Positions 25,610 through 32,569 of a DNA stretch of 42,166 nucleotides are shown here, piece after piece. The stretch lies in IMG/VR virus record IMGVR_UViG_3300045988_017219, one strand, 5' to 3'. The notes beneath the pieces were generated by a model. The model was not told the origin of the DNA. It saw only the letters and a program-made list of their open reading frames with translations, and did not search any database. The stretch is from a virus. A program made the position numbers and the translations under genes. Numbering within the stretch: position 1 is the first letter of the stretch; the number at the start of each line of letters is the position of its first letter.

Positions 25610-25787
25610 CCGACAGAGGATGATCGCCACCATCAAAAGCGCACCGCTTGGGAGGGTAGACCGTAAGATAGCCTTACTGCGGTACGTTGAGCGGCTTCCG
25701 CTGCCGGACATTGCAGCACAGACGCATTACAGCCGGACGGCAATAGGCTACCGGTTGAAAGGCATTGAAAAAATGCTGAATGTGTGA
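25494..25787 (+). CDS. Sigma-70 region-4-like HTH regulator (second DUF1492/ArpU-like paralog); TTG start or frameshift fusion
   Basis: RKIALLRYVERLPLPDIAAQTHYSRTAIGYRLKGIEKML is a region-4-type HTH. The frame opens only at 25479 and has no ATG before 25619. Confidence 0.5.
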   Translation: MPCLAIWCATPDSSRSPSGSVLPVAAARVVLPAALQRLDRQRMIATIKSAPLGRVDRKIALLRYVERLPLPDIAAQTHYSRTAIGYRLKGIEKMLNV

Positions 25788-25840
25788 TATAATAATCATG
25801 AGCAACGAATTAGCTTTGGGCTTCTGCTCAGGCAATTCAA

Positions 25841-25876
25841 AAGCGGCAGGCTTTCGGGTATGCCGCTTTTCTTTTT
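25841..25876 (+). terminator. Rho-independent terminator
   Basis: AAGCGGCA pairs with TGCCGCTT, followed by TTTTCTTTTT. Confidence 0.6.
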
Positions 25877-25886
25877 GCACGAATTG

Positions 25887-25895
25887 TGGTATAAT
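25887..25895 (+). promoter_or_regulatory. Extended -10 promoter element TGgTATAAT
   Basis: Read directly. There is no good -35 box at the right spacing. Confidence 0.45.
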
Positions 25896-25901
25896 ATACC
25901 C

Positions 25902-26100
25902 AAGGAAACCCGACCGGCCTCTCAACGATGCGCATTAGGTCGGGTCATCCGAGAGCTAACTCCGTGCTCAACGGAGAATTAAAAAAGCAGTCGCCAGATT
26001 CGGCGCTGAACAGTCTCCCGCACGCCTACTTGCAGTGCGTACCATGCGGGAGACGCATAAAGCCCCCGGTGTTCCGTTTGGAGCATCGGGGGGTCTTTTT
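25902..26100 (+). ncRNA. Candidate small RNA of about 200 nt (orphan promoter-to-terminator unit)
   Basis: No RBS-preceded ORF. Helices pair at 25909-25915/25938-25944, 25960-25965/25971-25976 and 26014-26022/26045-26053. It ends in a strong + strand terminator. Confidence 0.35.
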
Positions 26101-26104
26101 GTTT
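26063..26104 (+). terminator. Rho-independent terminator (U-tract on the + strand)
   Basis: CCCCCGGTG pairs with CATCGGGGG, followed by TCTTTTTGTTT. It abuts the stop codon of the convergent minus-strand gene. Confidence 0.65.
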
Positions 26105-26909
26105 ATGCGGACTGCTCAGCAGGGGCGGAGAGCACTTTGCGTTCCTTTGCTTTCTGCTCTGCCTGTTCCTTCACGGTCAAATAGCCATGGTCGTGCATCT
26201 GCTTGTAGATAAATGCCTGTCCGGTGCGGTTCCAGCGGGTGTTCTCTTTGGTCTCGCCGTTGCCTACCTCAACAGGAATACTCACTGTATAACCCTTGTC
26301 GATGTACTTGCGCTTGGGGATCCACTGCTTGTTGACCTTCTTCTGAATGCCCCATTCTTCCAGCAGTTTGTTGAGCTTGTTGGCGGTCATGCCAAAGTTG
26401 AGCGCAATCTGCGTCACGGTGAGCGTTTCATCACTCAAAAGCATATTGTGGGCGTACTCGGCGGCGGGCTTGAGCTTGGCATTTTCCTTTTCAAGCTGCT
26501 TGGAGCGCTCCTGTTCCCTTGCAATGATGCCCTGCGCCATCACCAACGCTTTAGAGAGCGCCAGCTCTGGCGGTTCCGGTTCAGGTGTGGTCAGCTTCTT
26601 CTCCATCTCGTTAAAGGCTTGGATGTACTTCAGCTTCCACTCCATAGCTTTTGCACTCTTGTTGAAGCCCATAACCAACAGGGTAAAGCCATCCCGGTTC
26701 ATCAGGTACATGGGGTAAGTTTGTCCATTCTGCGGGTGGACATACTCTGTCTTGAAGAACATGGGGGTGTCCCCATTTTTGGGGAGACCCTTCATAATGT
26801 CTTCGATGTCACGCATCACATGGTCGTGACGTTTCTCAAACTTTTCCGCAATGTCCAGACTGGACACCACAGCCTGCCCGTTCTGAGCGGAAAGAATAAT
26901 GTCACTCAT
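26103..26909 (-). CDS. Antirepressor-type regulator: Rha (Phage_pRha) N-domain + KilA-C/ANT C-domain
   Basis: VVSSLDIAEKFEKRHDHVMRDIEDI...YLMNRDGFTLLVMGF...WKLKYIQAFNEME is the Rha signature. The C-terminus AEYAHNML...TVTQIALNFGM is ANT-like. Confidence 0.85.
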   Translation of the reverse strand: MSDIILSAQNGQAVVSSLDIAEKFEKRHDHVMRDIEDIMKGLPKNGDTPMFFKTEYVHPQNGQTYPMYLMNRDGFTLLVMGFNKSAKAMEWKLKYIQAFNEMEKKLTTPEPEPPELALSKALVMAQGIIAREQERSKQLEKENAKLKPAAEYAHNMLLSDETLTVTQIALNFGMTANKLNKLLEEWGIQKKVNKQWIPKRKYIDKGYTVSIPVEVGNGETKENTRWNRTGQAFIYKQMHDHGYLTVKEQAEQKAKERKVLSAPAEQSA

Positions 26910-27190
26910 GCTGCACTCTCCTTGTTAATCTCCGCTTCAATGACTTCATCGACTTCCTTTTCCAAACCCGTGAGGGATGCAAACAAGGCCGTAATCAAAG
27001 AGTTGTACATCGGGGCTTCGTTCCAAATCTGGCTCACAAGCTCGCTGGTGCGCTCCCGCTTGATCATATCGGTCTTGTGCGTTTCCTCAAACCAGTTGGC
27101 AAAGATGTTCAGTAGGTCGTGCATTGTGCGGAGTTCACCAGAAACAGCATCCAGTTCAAGCTCCACTTTCGTGATTTTGGGTGTTTCCAT
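26906..27190 (-). CDS. Hypothetical 94-aa protein, paralog of 9427..9717
   Basis: Conserved blocks are shared with the other copy. ATGA-type overlap with the downstream Rha/ANT gene. Confidence 0.65.
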   Translation of the reverse strand: METPKITKVELELDAVSGELRTMHDLLNIFANWFEETHKTDMIKRERTSELVSQIWNEAPMYNSLITALFASLTGLEKEVDEVIEAEINKESAA

Positions 27191-27280
27191 GATAAAATAC
27201 CTTTACTTTCTCCGTGAAATAATATAAAATAAAGGTACAAGAGGGGCTTTTGCTAGGGTTGCTTCTTGTGCTTGGAGTGA

Positions 27281-27376
27281 TTAGCTGTTACGAGCGGCTA
27301 ACCACTCTTTTTTATATTGCTCAAACAATTTGCGCTGCTGTTCACGGTTCAGCCGTTGAAACTCTTTGAACTTCAT
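27281..27376 (-). CDS. Conserved 31-aa peptide MKFKEFQRLNREQQRKLFEQYKKEWLAARNS (paralog of 9236..9331)
   Basis: I translated it from the reverse strand. It has the same GGGCG-loop(AAGGAGG)-CGCCC leader hairpin directly before the ATG. Confidence 0.6.
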   Translation of the reverse strand: MKFKEFQRLNREQQRKLFEQYKKEWLAARNS

Positions 27377-27413
27377 GGGCGTCCTCCTTTCCGCCCCTCT
27401 TGACCATGAATAT

Positions 27414-27442
27414 ATTATAGCACGGTAAACCATGCCGTTCCA
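27414..27442 (-). promoter_or_regulatory. Extended -10 promoter (TGcTATAAT on the minus strand) for the inverted antirepressor cassette
   Basis: The reverse complement of 27414-27422 reads TGCTATAAT. The -35 box is weak (TGGAAC). Confidence 0.5.
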
Positions 27443-27548
27443 TTGACAAAATGGACAATGTTTACTGTGCTGTTTTATGCACTTTTGGCATTGTAAACCG
27501 TGCTATCATTTGATATACTATGGGTGGTGGAATAGGAGGTGTTATTTA

Positions 27549-27818
27549 ATGGGTATCTCGGAAAAAAAGAAAAAGAGTAATGCCAAATGGGACAAAGAGA
27601 ACATGACGGTGCTGGCCTGCAAGGTGAGGAAGGAAGTTGCTGACAAGTTCAAAGCAGCTTGTGCGGCAGAAGATACGACCTCGAACGCCGTTTTACAGCA
27701 GGCGGTACGGGACTATATTGACGCCCACCCCGTGCCGGAAGAGCCAGAAGCACCGCCGGGGGATGCAGAGACGGAAGTTCGGCGGGCTGCATTGCTAGAA
27801 CAAATCAAGAATCTGTAA
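27549..27818 (+). CDS. Ribbon-helix-helix (Arc/MetJ/CopG-like) DNA-binding protein candidate
   Basis: RBS TAGGAGGTG. KWDKENMTVLACKVRKEVADKFKAACAAEDTTSNAVLQQAVRDYI fits a beta-strand plus two-helix RHH layout. It is divergent from the antirepressor operon. Confidence 0.55.
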   Translation: MGISEKKKKSNAKWDKENMTVLACKVRKEVADKFKAACAAEDTTSNAVLQQAVRDYIDAHPVPEEPEAPPGDAETEVRRAALLEQIKNL

Positions 27819-27840
27819 AATAGAATAGCTGAAAAATTAA

Positions 27841-27882
27841 GCGCTCACGCGGTGTAATGCCGTGTGGGCGCTTTTCTTTTTT
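27841..27882 (+). terminator. Rho-independent terminator
   Basis: A 12-bp stem pairs GCGCTCACGCGG with CCGTGTGGGCGC around the loop TGTAATG, followed by TTTTCTTTTTT. Confidence 0.7.
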
Positions 27883-27958
27883 GTCCTTCGTTTGACGTTC
27901 GTTTAACGCACGGATTCGGTAGAAAAGGTACTATGGGCGCAAAGGGAGGGGGAGCGCC

Positions 27959-28336
27959 ATGTGGCACAGGTTCAACCCGAACCCCCAAGGAAACGGCGTG
28001 GGGGATTGCACCGTGCGGGCAGTGGCGGCAGCTACAGGCCAAAACTGGGAGCGGGCATATATCGGCCTTGCACTCACTGGCTTTATCCTCGGCGATATGC
28101 CCAGCGCTAACCGCACATGGGGCGCATACCTCCAAAAACGCGGGTTCAAGCGCCGTTTGGTGGAGGCGGACTGCACCACCTGTTACACTGTGGCAGATTT
28201 TGCCCGGGAGTATCCGCGCGGCGTGTATGTGCTGGGCTGCTCCGGGCACGTCCTGACCGTGATCGACGGCGCGTGGTGGGACAGCTGGGACAGCGGTGCA
28301 GAATGCCCGATCTACTACTGGTATAAGGAGGACTAA
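27959..28336 (+). CDS. Papain-fold-like cysteine peptidase candidate (accessory operon gene 1)
   Basis: RBS GGGAGGGGG. The order Cys (GVGDCTVRAV), His (CSGHVLTVIDG), Asp (WWDSWDS) is as in C39/papain-like folds. The family is not identified. Confidence 0.5.
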   Translation: MWHRFNPNPQGNGVGDCTVRAVAAATGQNWERAYIGLALTGFILGDMPSANRTWGAYLQKRGFKRRLVEADCTTCYTVADFAREYPRGVYVLGCSGHVLTVIDGAWWDSWDSGAECPIYYWYKED

Positions 28337-28339
28337 ACG

Positions 28340-28789
28340 ATGCCGTACAATCCATATGGCTATCAAATGCCAAACTACTACGGGCAGCCTATGCCTGACC
28401 AGCTCACGCAGCTGCGGCAGAATGCCGGGTATCAGCCGCCCATGATGAGCCAACCGACAGGGCAAAGCTCCCCATCTACGCCTCCGATCATCTGGGTGCA
28501 GGGCGAAGAGGGGGCAAAAGCCTACATGGTAGCCGCCGGGAACAGCGTGCTCTTGATGGATAGCGAGAACAGCGCCTTTTACATCAAGAGCACGGACGCA
28601 AGCGGAATGCCGCTGCCGCTCAGGGCCTTTGATTACAAGGAGCGCACCACGGCAGCTAAGATGCCCGCTCAGGCCGTCCAACAGCCCGGCGGGGAGTTTG
28701 TCACCAGGGCAGAGTTTGACGCCCTGGCAGCCCGCTGTGCAGCGCTGGAAAAGCAGGAGCCCACAAAAACCGAAACGGAGGTCAAGTGA
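28340..28789 (+). CDS. Hypothetical protein with a P/Y/Q-rich N-terminus and a conserved-looking core (IWVQGEEGAKAYMV...FYIKSTDASGMP)
   Basis: Tightly packed after gene 1 (3-nt gap). Confidence 0.5.
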   Translation: MPYNPYGYQMPNYYGQPMPDQLTQLRQNAGYQPPMMSQPTGQSSPSTPPIIWVQGEEGAKAYMVAAGNSVLLMDSENSAFYIKSTDASGMPLPLRAFDYKERTTAAKMPAQAVQQPGGEFVTRAEFDALAARCAALEKQEPTKTETEVK

Positions 28790-28791
28790 TC

Positions 28792-29019
28792 ATGGCAAAT
28801 CCTCTTTTTAATGCACTGGGCGGCGGCAAAGCATCATCCATGCCCGGCCCTATGGGCCAGTTCGGCCAGATGATGCAGCAGTTCCAGCAGTTCAAGGCTA
28901 ATTTTCAGGGCGATCCAAAGCAGGAGGTGCAAAAGCTCCTGCAATCCGGGCGGATGAGCCAAGACCAGCTCAACCAGCTTCAGGCAATGGCTCAGCAGTT
29001 CCAGCAGTTTTTACACTAA
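28792..29019 (+). CDS. Small Gln-rich protein (alternative GTG start at 28786)
   Basis: RBS GGAGG upstream. Low-complexity QQFQQF repeats occur at both ends. Confidence 0.45.
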   Translation: MANPLFNALGGGKASSMPGPMGQFGQMMQQFQQFKANFQGDPKQEVQKLLQSGRMSQDQLNQLQAMAQQFQQFLH

Positions 29020-29080
29020 GTCGTAACCGTGGCCACGGTTTAGATACACTTTTATCAAAATTTCCGAAAGGAGTACAAAA

Positions 29081-29857
29081 ATGTCTCTTTCTTCCGATTC
29101 TGCGGTTCTGACCATGCCGGTTCAGCCCGCAAACACCAACGGCAGCAACGGCTTTGGCTTTGGCAATGATGGCGCATGGTGGATCATCATCCTGTTCCTG
29201 TTCGCCTTCTGCGGCGGCTGGGGCGGCAACTGGGGAGGCAATGGCAACACCGGTGCCGGTGTCGTTGACGGCTACGTCCTGACCTCCGATTTTGCCAACA
29301 TCGAGCGCAAGATGGATGGTATCAACAACGGCATGTGTGATGGCTTCTACCAGCAGGCGCAGCTTGTCAACGGCGTGCAGCAGACCGTGAACAACGGCTT
29401 TATGTCCGCAGAGATCAGCCGCGCAAACCAGCAGGCCGCTTTCATGCAGCAGCTCTTTGCGATGCAGATGCAGCAGCAGGAGTGCTGCTGCGAGAACCGC
29501 TCTGCCATTCAGGGCGTCAACTACAATTTGGCCACCCAGTCCTGCGAGACCCGGAACACGGTGCAGAACACCACCCGGGACATCATCGACAACCAGAACC
29601 AGAACGCCCGCGCCATCCTTGACGCCCTGACCGCGCAGCGCATCGAGGCAAAGGACGCAAAGATCGCTGAGCAGGGTCAGCAGCTGTTCGCAGCACAGCT
29701 TGCGGCATCTCAGGCAGCCCAGAACGAAACGCTCAAGGCCTACATGAGCGGTCAGCTGGCCTACTACAACCCGCGCCCTGTGCCCGCATTCCAGGTACCC
29801 GCACCCTACCAGTACGGTAACTGCGGCAACGGTTGCGGCTGCAACGGTTGCGGCTAA
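29081..29857 (+). CDS. Membrane protein with a Gly/Asn/Trp-rich TM region, a Q/N-rich coiled coil with a CCC motif, and a C-terminal GNCGNGCGCNGCG tail
   Basis: RBS AAAGGAG. The sequence was read directly. A terminator follows. Confidence 0.6.
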   Translation: MSLSSDSAVLTMPVQPANTNGSNGFGFGNDGAWWIIILFLFAFCGGWGGNWGGNGNTGAGVVDGYVLTSDFANIERKMDGINNGMCDGFYQQAQLVNGVQQTVNNGFMSAEISRANQQAAFMQQLFAMQMQQQECCCENRSAIQGVNYNLATQSCETRNTVQNTTRDIIDNQNQNARAILDALTAQRIEAKDAKIAEQGQQLFAAQLAASQAAQNETLKAYMSGQLAYYNPRPVPAFQVPAPYQYGNCGNGCGCNGCG

Positions 29858-29924
29858 CCGAATAACGGCAACTGACTGCAAATTGTAGTCTGTTCAGCCC
29901 CTGAGCTGATTTTGCAAACCAGAG

Positions 29925-29951
29925 CGCCGGGGCAAAAGTCCCGGCGTTTTT
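29925..29951 (+). terminator. Rho-independent terminator inside the accessory locus
   Basis: CGCCGGG-GCAAAAGT-CCCGGCG followed by TTTTT. Confidence 0.6.
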
Positions 29952-29971
29952 CTATGAAAGGAGCCGATAAA

Positions 29972-30394
29972 ATGGCTGAATTTAGCAACTCTAATACCGT
30001 TAGCGTGGCGGCGGGTGAAAACCTTCCCCTGACCGAGACCGCGGTGAAAGCCCCTGCCTGCATCATGCACCGTGAGGGCAGCGGCCTCGTGACCCTGCGC
30101 GGTCTGACCAATCAGTGCAGGGCCCGCTTCAAGGTAATCTTTGGCGGCAATGTCGCCATTCCCACCGGCGGCACTGTGGGGCCCGTTTCCGTGGCGCTGG
30201 CTGTCGGCGGTGAGTCGCTGACCAGTGCGACTGCCATTGTCACCCCGGCGGCAGTCGAAAATTACTTCAACGTTTTCGTGGCCGCGTTCATCGAGGTGCC
30301 GCGCGGCTGCTGCGTGACTGTGGCGGTTAAGAACACCAGCGCGCAGGCGGTCAACATTGCAAACAGCAACCTGATCGTTGAGCGGGTAGCATAA
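29972..30394 (+). CDS. BclA-C-terminal / C1q-TNF-like jelly-roll domain protein (candidate)
   Basis: RBS AAAGGAG. The text is beta-rich with the ending ...VNIANSNLIVERVA, reminiscent of the BclA C-terminal domain ending ...SIIIEKVA. Assigned from memory only. Confidence 0.45.
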   Translation: MAEFSNSNTVSVAAGENLPLTETAVKAPACIMHREGSGLVTLRGLTNQCRARFKVIFGGNVAIPTGGTVGPVSVALAVGGESLTSATAIVTPAAVENYFNVFVAAFIEVPRGCCVTVAVKNTSAQAVNIANSNLIVERVA

Positions 30395-30410
30395 GAAAGG
30401 AGATAAAGTC

Positions 30411-30812
30411 ATGCTGGATAAACTGAATCATCTGAAGGATGAGATGTGCGACGAGCTCATGGAACTGACCGACAAAAAGAACCGTTCCCCGGGCGATGTT
30501 GAGATGATCGGCGAGATCGTGGACATCATTCTGGACATCCACCGCATCGAGGATTACTGCGAAGGCGGCGAGTACAGCCGAACAGGCGAGTGGGAAGCTG
30601 ACATGCGGGGAACCTTTGGCCGCGATGCTGGAAACGGGTACAACCGGGGAAACAGCTACGCCAACCGTGGCCGTCACTATGTGCGCGGTCACTACTCCCG
30701 CACGGATGGCCGTGAGCGCATGATCTCTGACATCGAGGACATGATGCAGGAGGCCACCGGCGCAGAGCGCGATGCATACAAGCGGGCCGCTGACATCTTG
30801 CGCAACGCATAA
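30411..30812 (+). CDS. Hypothetical protein with a helical N-terminus, a G/N/R/Y-rich centre and a helical C-terminus
   Basis: RBS AAAGGAG. No family recognised. Confidence 0.5.
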   Translation: MLDKLNHLKDEMCDELMELTDKKNRSPGDVEMIGEIVDIILDIHRIEDYCEGGEYSRTGEWEADMRGTFGRDAGNGYNRGNSYANRGRHYVRGHYSRTDGRERMISDIEDMMQEATGAERDAYKRAADILRNA

Positions 30813-30829
30813 GAAAGGGGGCGGCAGGC

Positions 30830-31159
30830 ATGGACATTGACGAGATCAACACCCACATTCACAAGCTGAAATGTGGTTCAACGGACTGGCAGAGCGTGGA
30901 AAAGCTTGCCGCCCTCTGCACTGTGCGGGACGAGCTGGAAGAAAAGCAGGCACGTAAAACGCAGACCCAGGCATTGCCGCCCGCGACTTATGCGGCGGCG
31001 TACTCCACGGCAACGGAACCGCAAAGCGACTTTGTGACGGCTGCCAGCTCTGTTCCTTTCGGCGGTCTGATGCAGGTGCTCGACGAACACATGAAGGCAA
31101 TAAAGCTGGCGTACCCGAAAGAGTATGAGCTAGTGATGCGGAAGATAAGCGACTTGTAA
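30830..31159 (+). CDS. Hypothetical protein (last gene of the accessory operon)
   Basis: RBS-like GGGGGCGGCAGG. The ORF ends just before the AT-rich att region. Confidence 0.5.
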   Translation: MDIDEINTHIHKLKCGSTDWQSVEKLAALCTVRDELEEKQARKTQTQALPPATYAAAYSTATEPQSDFVTAASSVPFGGLMQVLDEHMKAIKLAYPKEYELVMRKISDL

Positions 31160-31271
31160 AAAGACATAGAATGTGCTATTTTTACATAAGCTTCAGCGTT
31201 TTGGCACGGGGTGCATAGTCTAACAACAAGTCAACAAATCAATAATTATTTACGTTAATACATCAAATAAA

Positions 31272-31321
31272 CTTGATTTGTAATCAGTGGGTTGCAGGTT
31301 CAACTCCTGTCACCAGCTCCA
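31272..31321 (+). other. 3' portion of a tRNA-Thr(UGU) gene = putative attP core
   Basis: It contains the anticodon loop TTTGTAA, stem TCAGT, T-arm GCAGG-TTCAACT-CCTGT, acceptor 3' strand CACCAGC, then T and CCA. No matching 5' acceptor strand (GCTGGTG) lies upstream. It sits about 110 nt from the integrase gene end. Confidence 0.6.
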
Positions 31322-31328
31322 AAAATAA

Positions 31329-31366
31329 ACGCACGAACGATGAAAACGAATCGTTCGTGCGTTTTT
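31329..31366. terminator. Bidirectional terminator (13-bp perfect stem)
   Basis: ACGCACGAACGAT pairs with ATCGTTCGTGCGT. TTTTTCTTTTT lies on the + side and an A-tract lies before the stem, which gives a U-tract for the minus-strand int transcript. Confidence 0.7.
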
Positions 31367-31432
31367 CTTTTTGCTTGAAATGCCTTGAAATCTCCTGAAT
31401 GAATGCGATAATCCAACAAACAATCTAACAAG

Positions 31433-32566
31433 TCAGTACTTCATCTTCTGCATTTCCCGCAACAAATATGTCGGATCGTTGTGGGACACGTACTTATTGG
31501 CCGTGGTGGAGAAATTTTTGTGCCCGAGGATTGCCTGTACCGCGGTCTTTTCCAGGCCGCACTCCACCATCTTACTACTGGCCGTGTGGCGCAGCGTGTG
31601 TGGATGCACGCCCTCTATATGGCATTCCTGCATCAACGCCCGGAACTTTGTAGCCACGTTGCGCTTATCCAGCTTTGTGCCGGCCTTGGATGGAATCAGC
31701 CATTCGCACCCGCTGTCAAGCATCCAAAAGGAAATGATCTTGTAAATGGGCTCAAGGATGGGGATGATGCGGTTCTTGCCCGCTTCTGTCTTTTCACCGC
31801 CCTGCATGTACCGCTCTTTCAGATGCACATCCTCGCAGCGCATGGAAAGCAGCTCGTCGATGCGCATGCCGGTATAAAGCAGTACCATTGCGATTTGCGC
31901 CGTCTGCCCAAACCTCGGGTCGTCTTGTCGGCTGCTGATCTGCTCGATCTCTTGGGCGGTCAGGGTGCGCTCTGCTTTTCCTGTAGCCGCCGGGAGCTGC
32001 AGCAGCATGGCATAATTTTTGTTTATGATGTCCTGCGCCATTGCCCACTCGCAGATCTGGCTAAAAAGCGTGCGCTGTTTTTCACAGGAGCTTCGGGAGA
32101 GCCCTTTTTCCACCATTGCGTCAATGACCTGTTGATAATCTGCCGCTTTTAAGTCCCGCAATTGTCGGTCGTATAGCGGCGCAGCCTTTGCATAGGCCAG
32201 CTCGTACCCCTTTTGCATGTCCGTGCTGAGCTTTTGAAACTTTGGCTGAGCTTTCCATTGGGTATAGGCATCTGCAAAGGTGCATTTCAGAAGCGCAGCG
32301 GGGGTGTTCTGGGCGTTGTAAGCGTCCAGCGCTTGTACTGCTTCGCCTGCCGTTTCAAACGTTCCCAGAACATCCCTGCTGGCTGTGAGTGCAACATACG
32401 GTCTTGCCCGCGTCCCGCTCAGTTTATACACGCTGCCGCTGCCCTTTGGGCGGCGGCGCTTTTTTCTTTGCTGCGGGGCGGCTTCCGGCTGTTTCTTTCC
32501 GCACCACGGACAAAAAGAAGCACCATCCGGGATCTCTTTCCGGCAGCATGGTCTCACGCATTTCAT
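31433..32566 (-). CDS. int: Tyrosine recombinase / phage integrase with an N-terminal zinc ribbon
   Basis: The C-terminal catalytic text is HPHTLRHTASSKMVECG...ILGHKNFSTTANKYVSH. The N-terminus is CCRKEIPDGASFCPWCG. Confidence 0.9.
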   Translation of the reverse strand: MKCVRPCCRKEIPDGASFCPWCGKKQPEAAPQQRKKRRRPKGSGSVYKLSGTRARPYVALTASRDVLGTFETAGEAVQALDAYNAQNTPAALLKCTFADAYTQWKAQPKFQKLSTDMQKGYELAYAKAAPLYDRQLRDLKAADYQQVIDAMVEKGLSRSSCEKQRTLFSQICEWAMAQDIINKNYAMLLQLPAATGKAERTLTAQEIEQISSRQDDPRFGQTAQIAMVLLYTGMRIDELLSMRCEDVHLKERYMQGGEKTEAGKNRIIPILEPIYKIISFWMLDSGCEWLIPSKAGTKLDKRNVATKFRALMQECHIEGVHPHTLRHTASSKMVECGLEKTAVQAILGHKNFSTTANKYVSHNDPTYLLREMQKMKY

Positions 32567-32569
32567 GGC

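Noticed and set aside
25928-26212. 94-aa + strand ORF inside the candidate sRNA.
   Set aside because: It has no RBS, runs straight through a strong intrinsic terminator, and continues antisense into the Rha/ANT gene.
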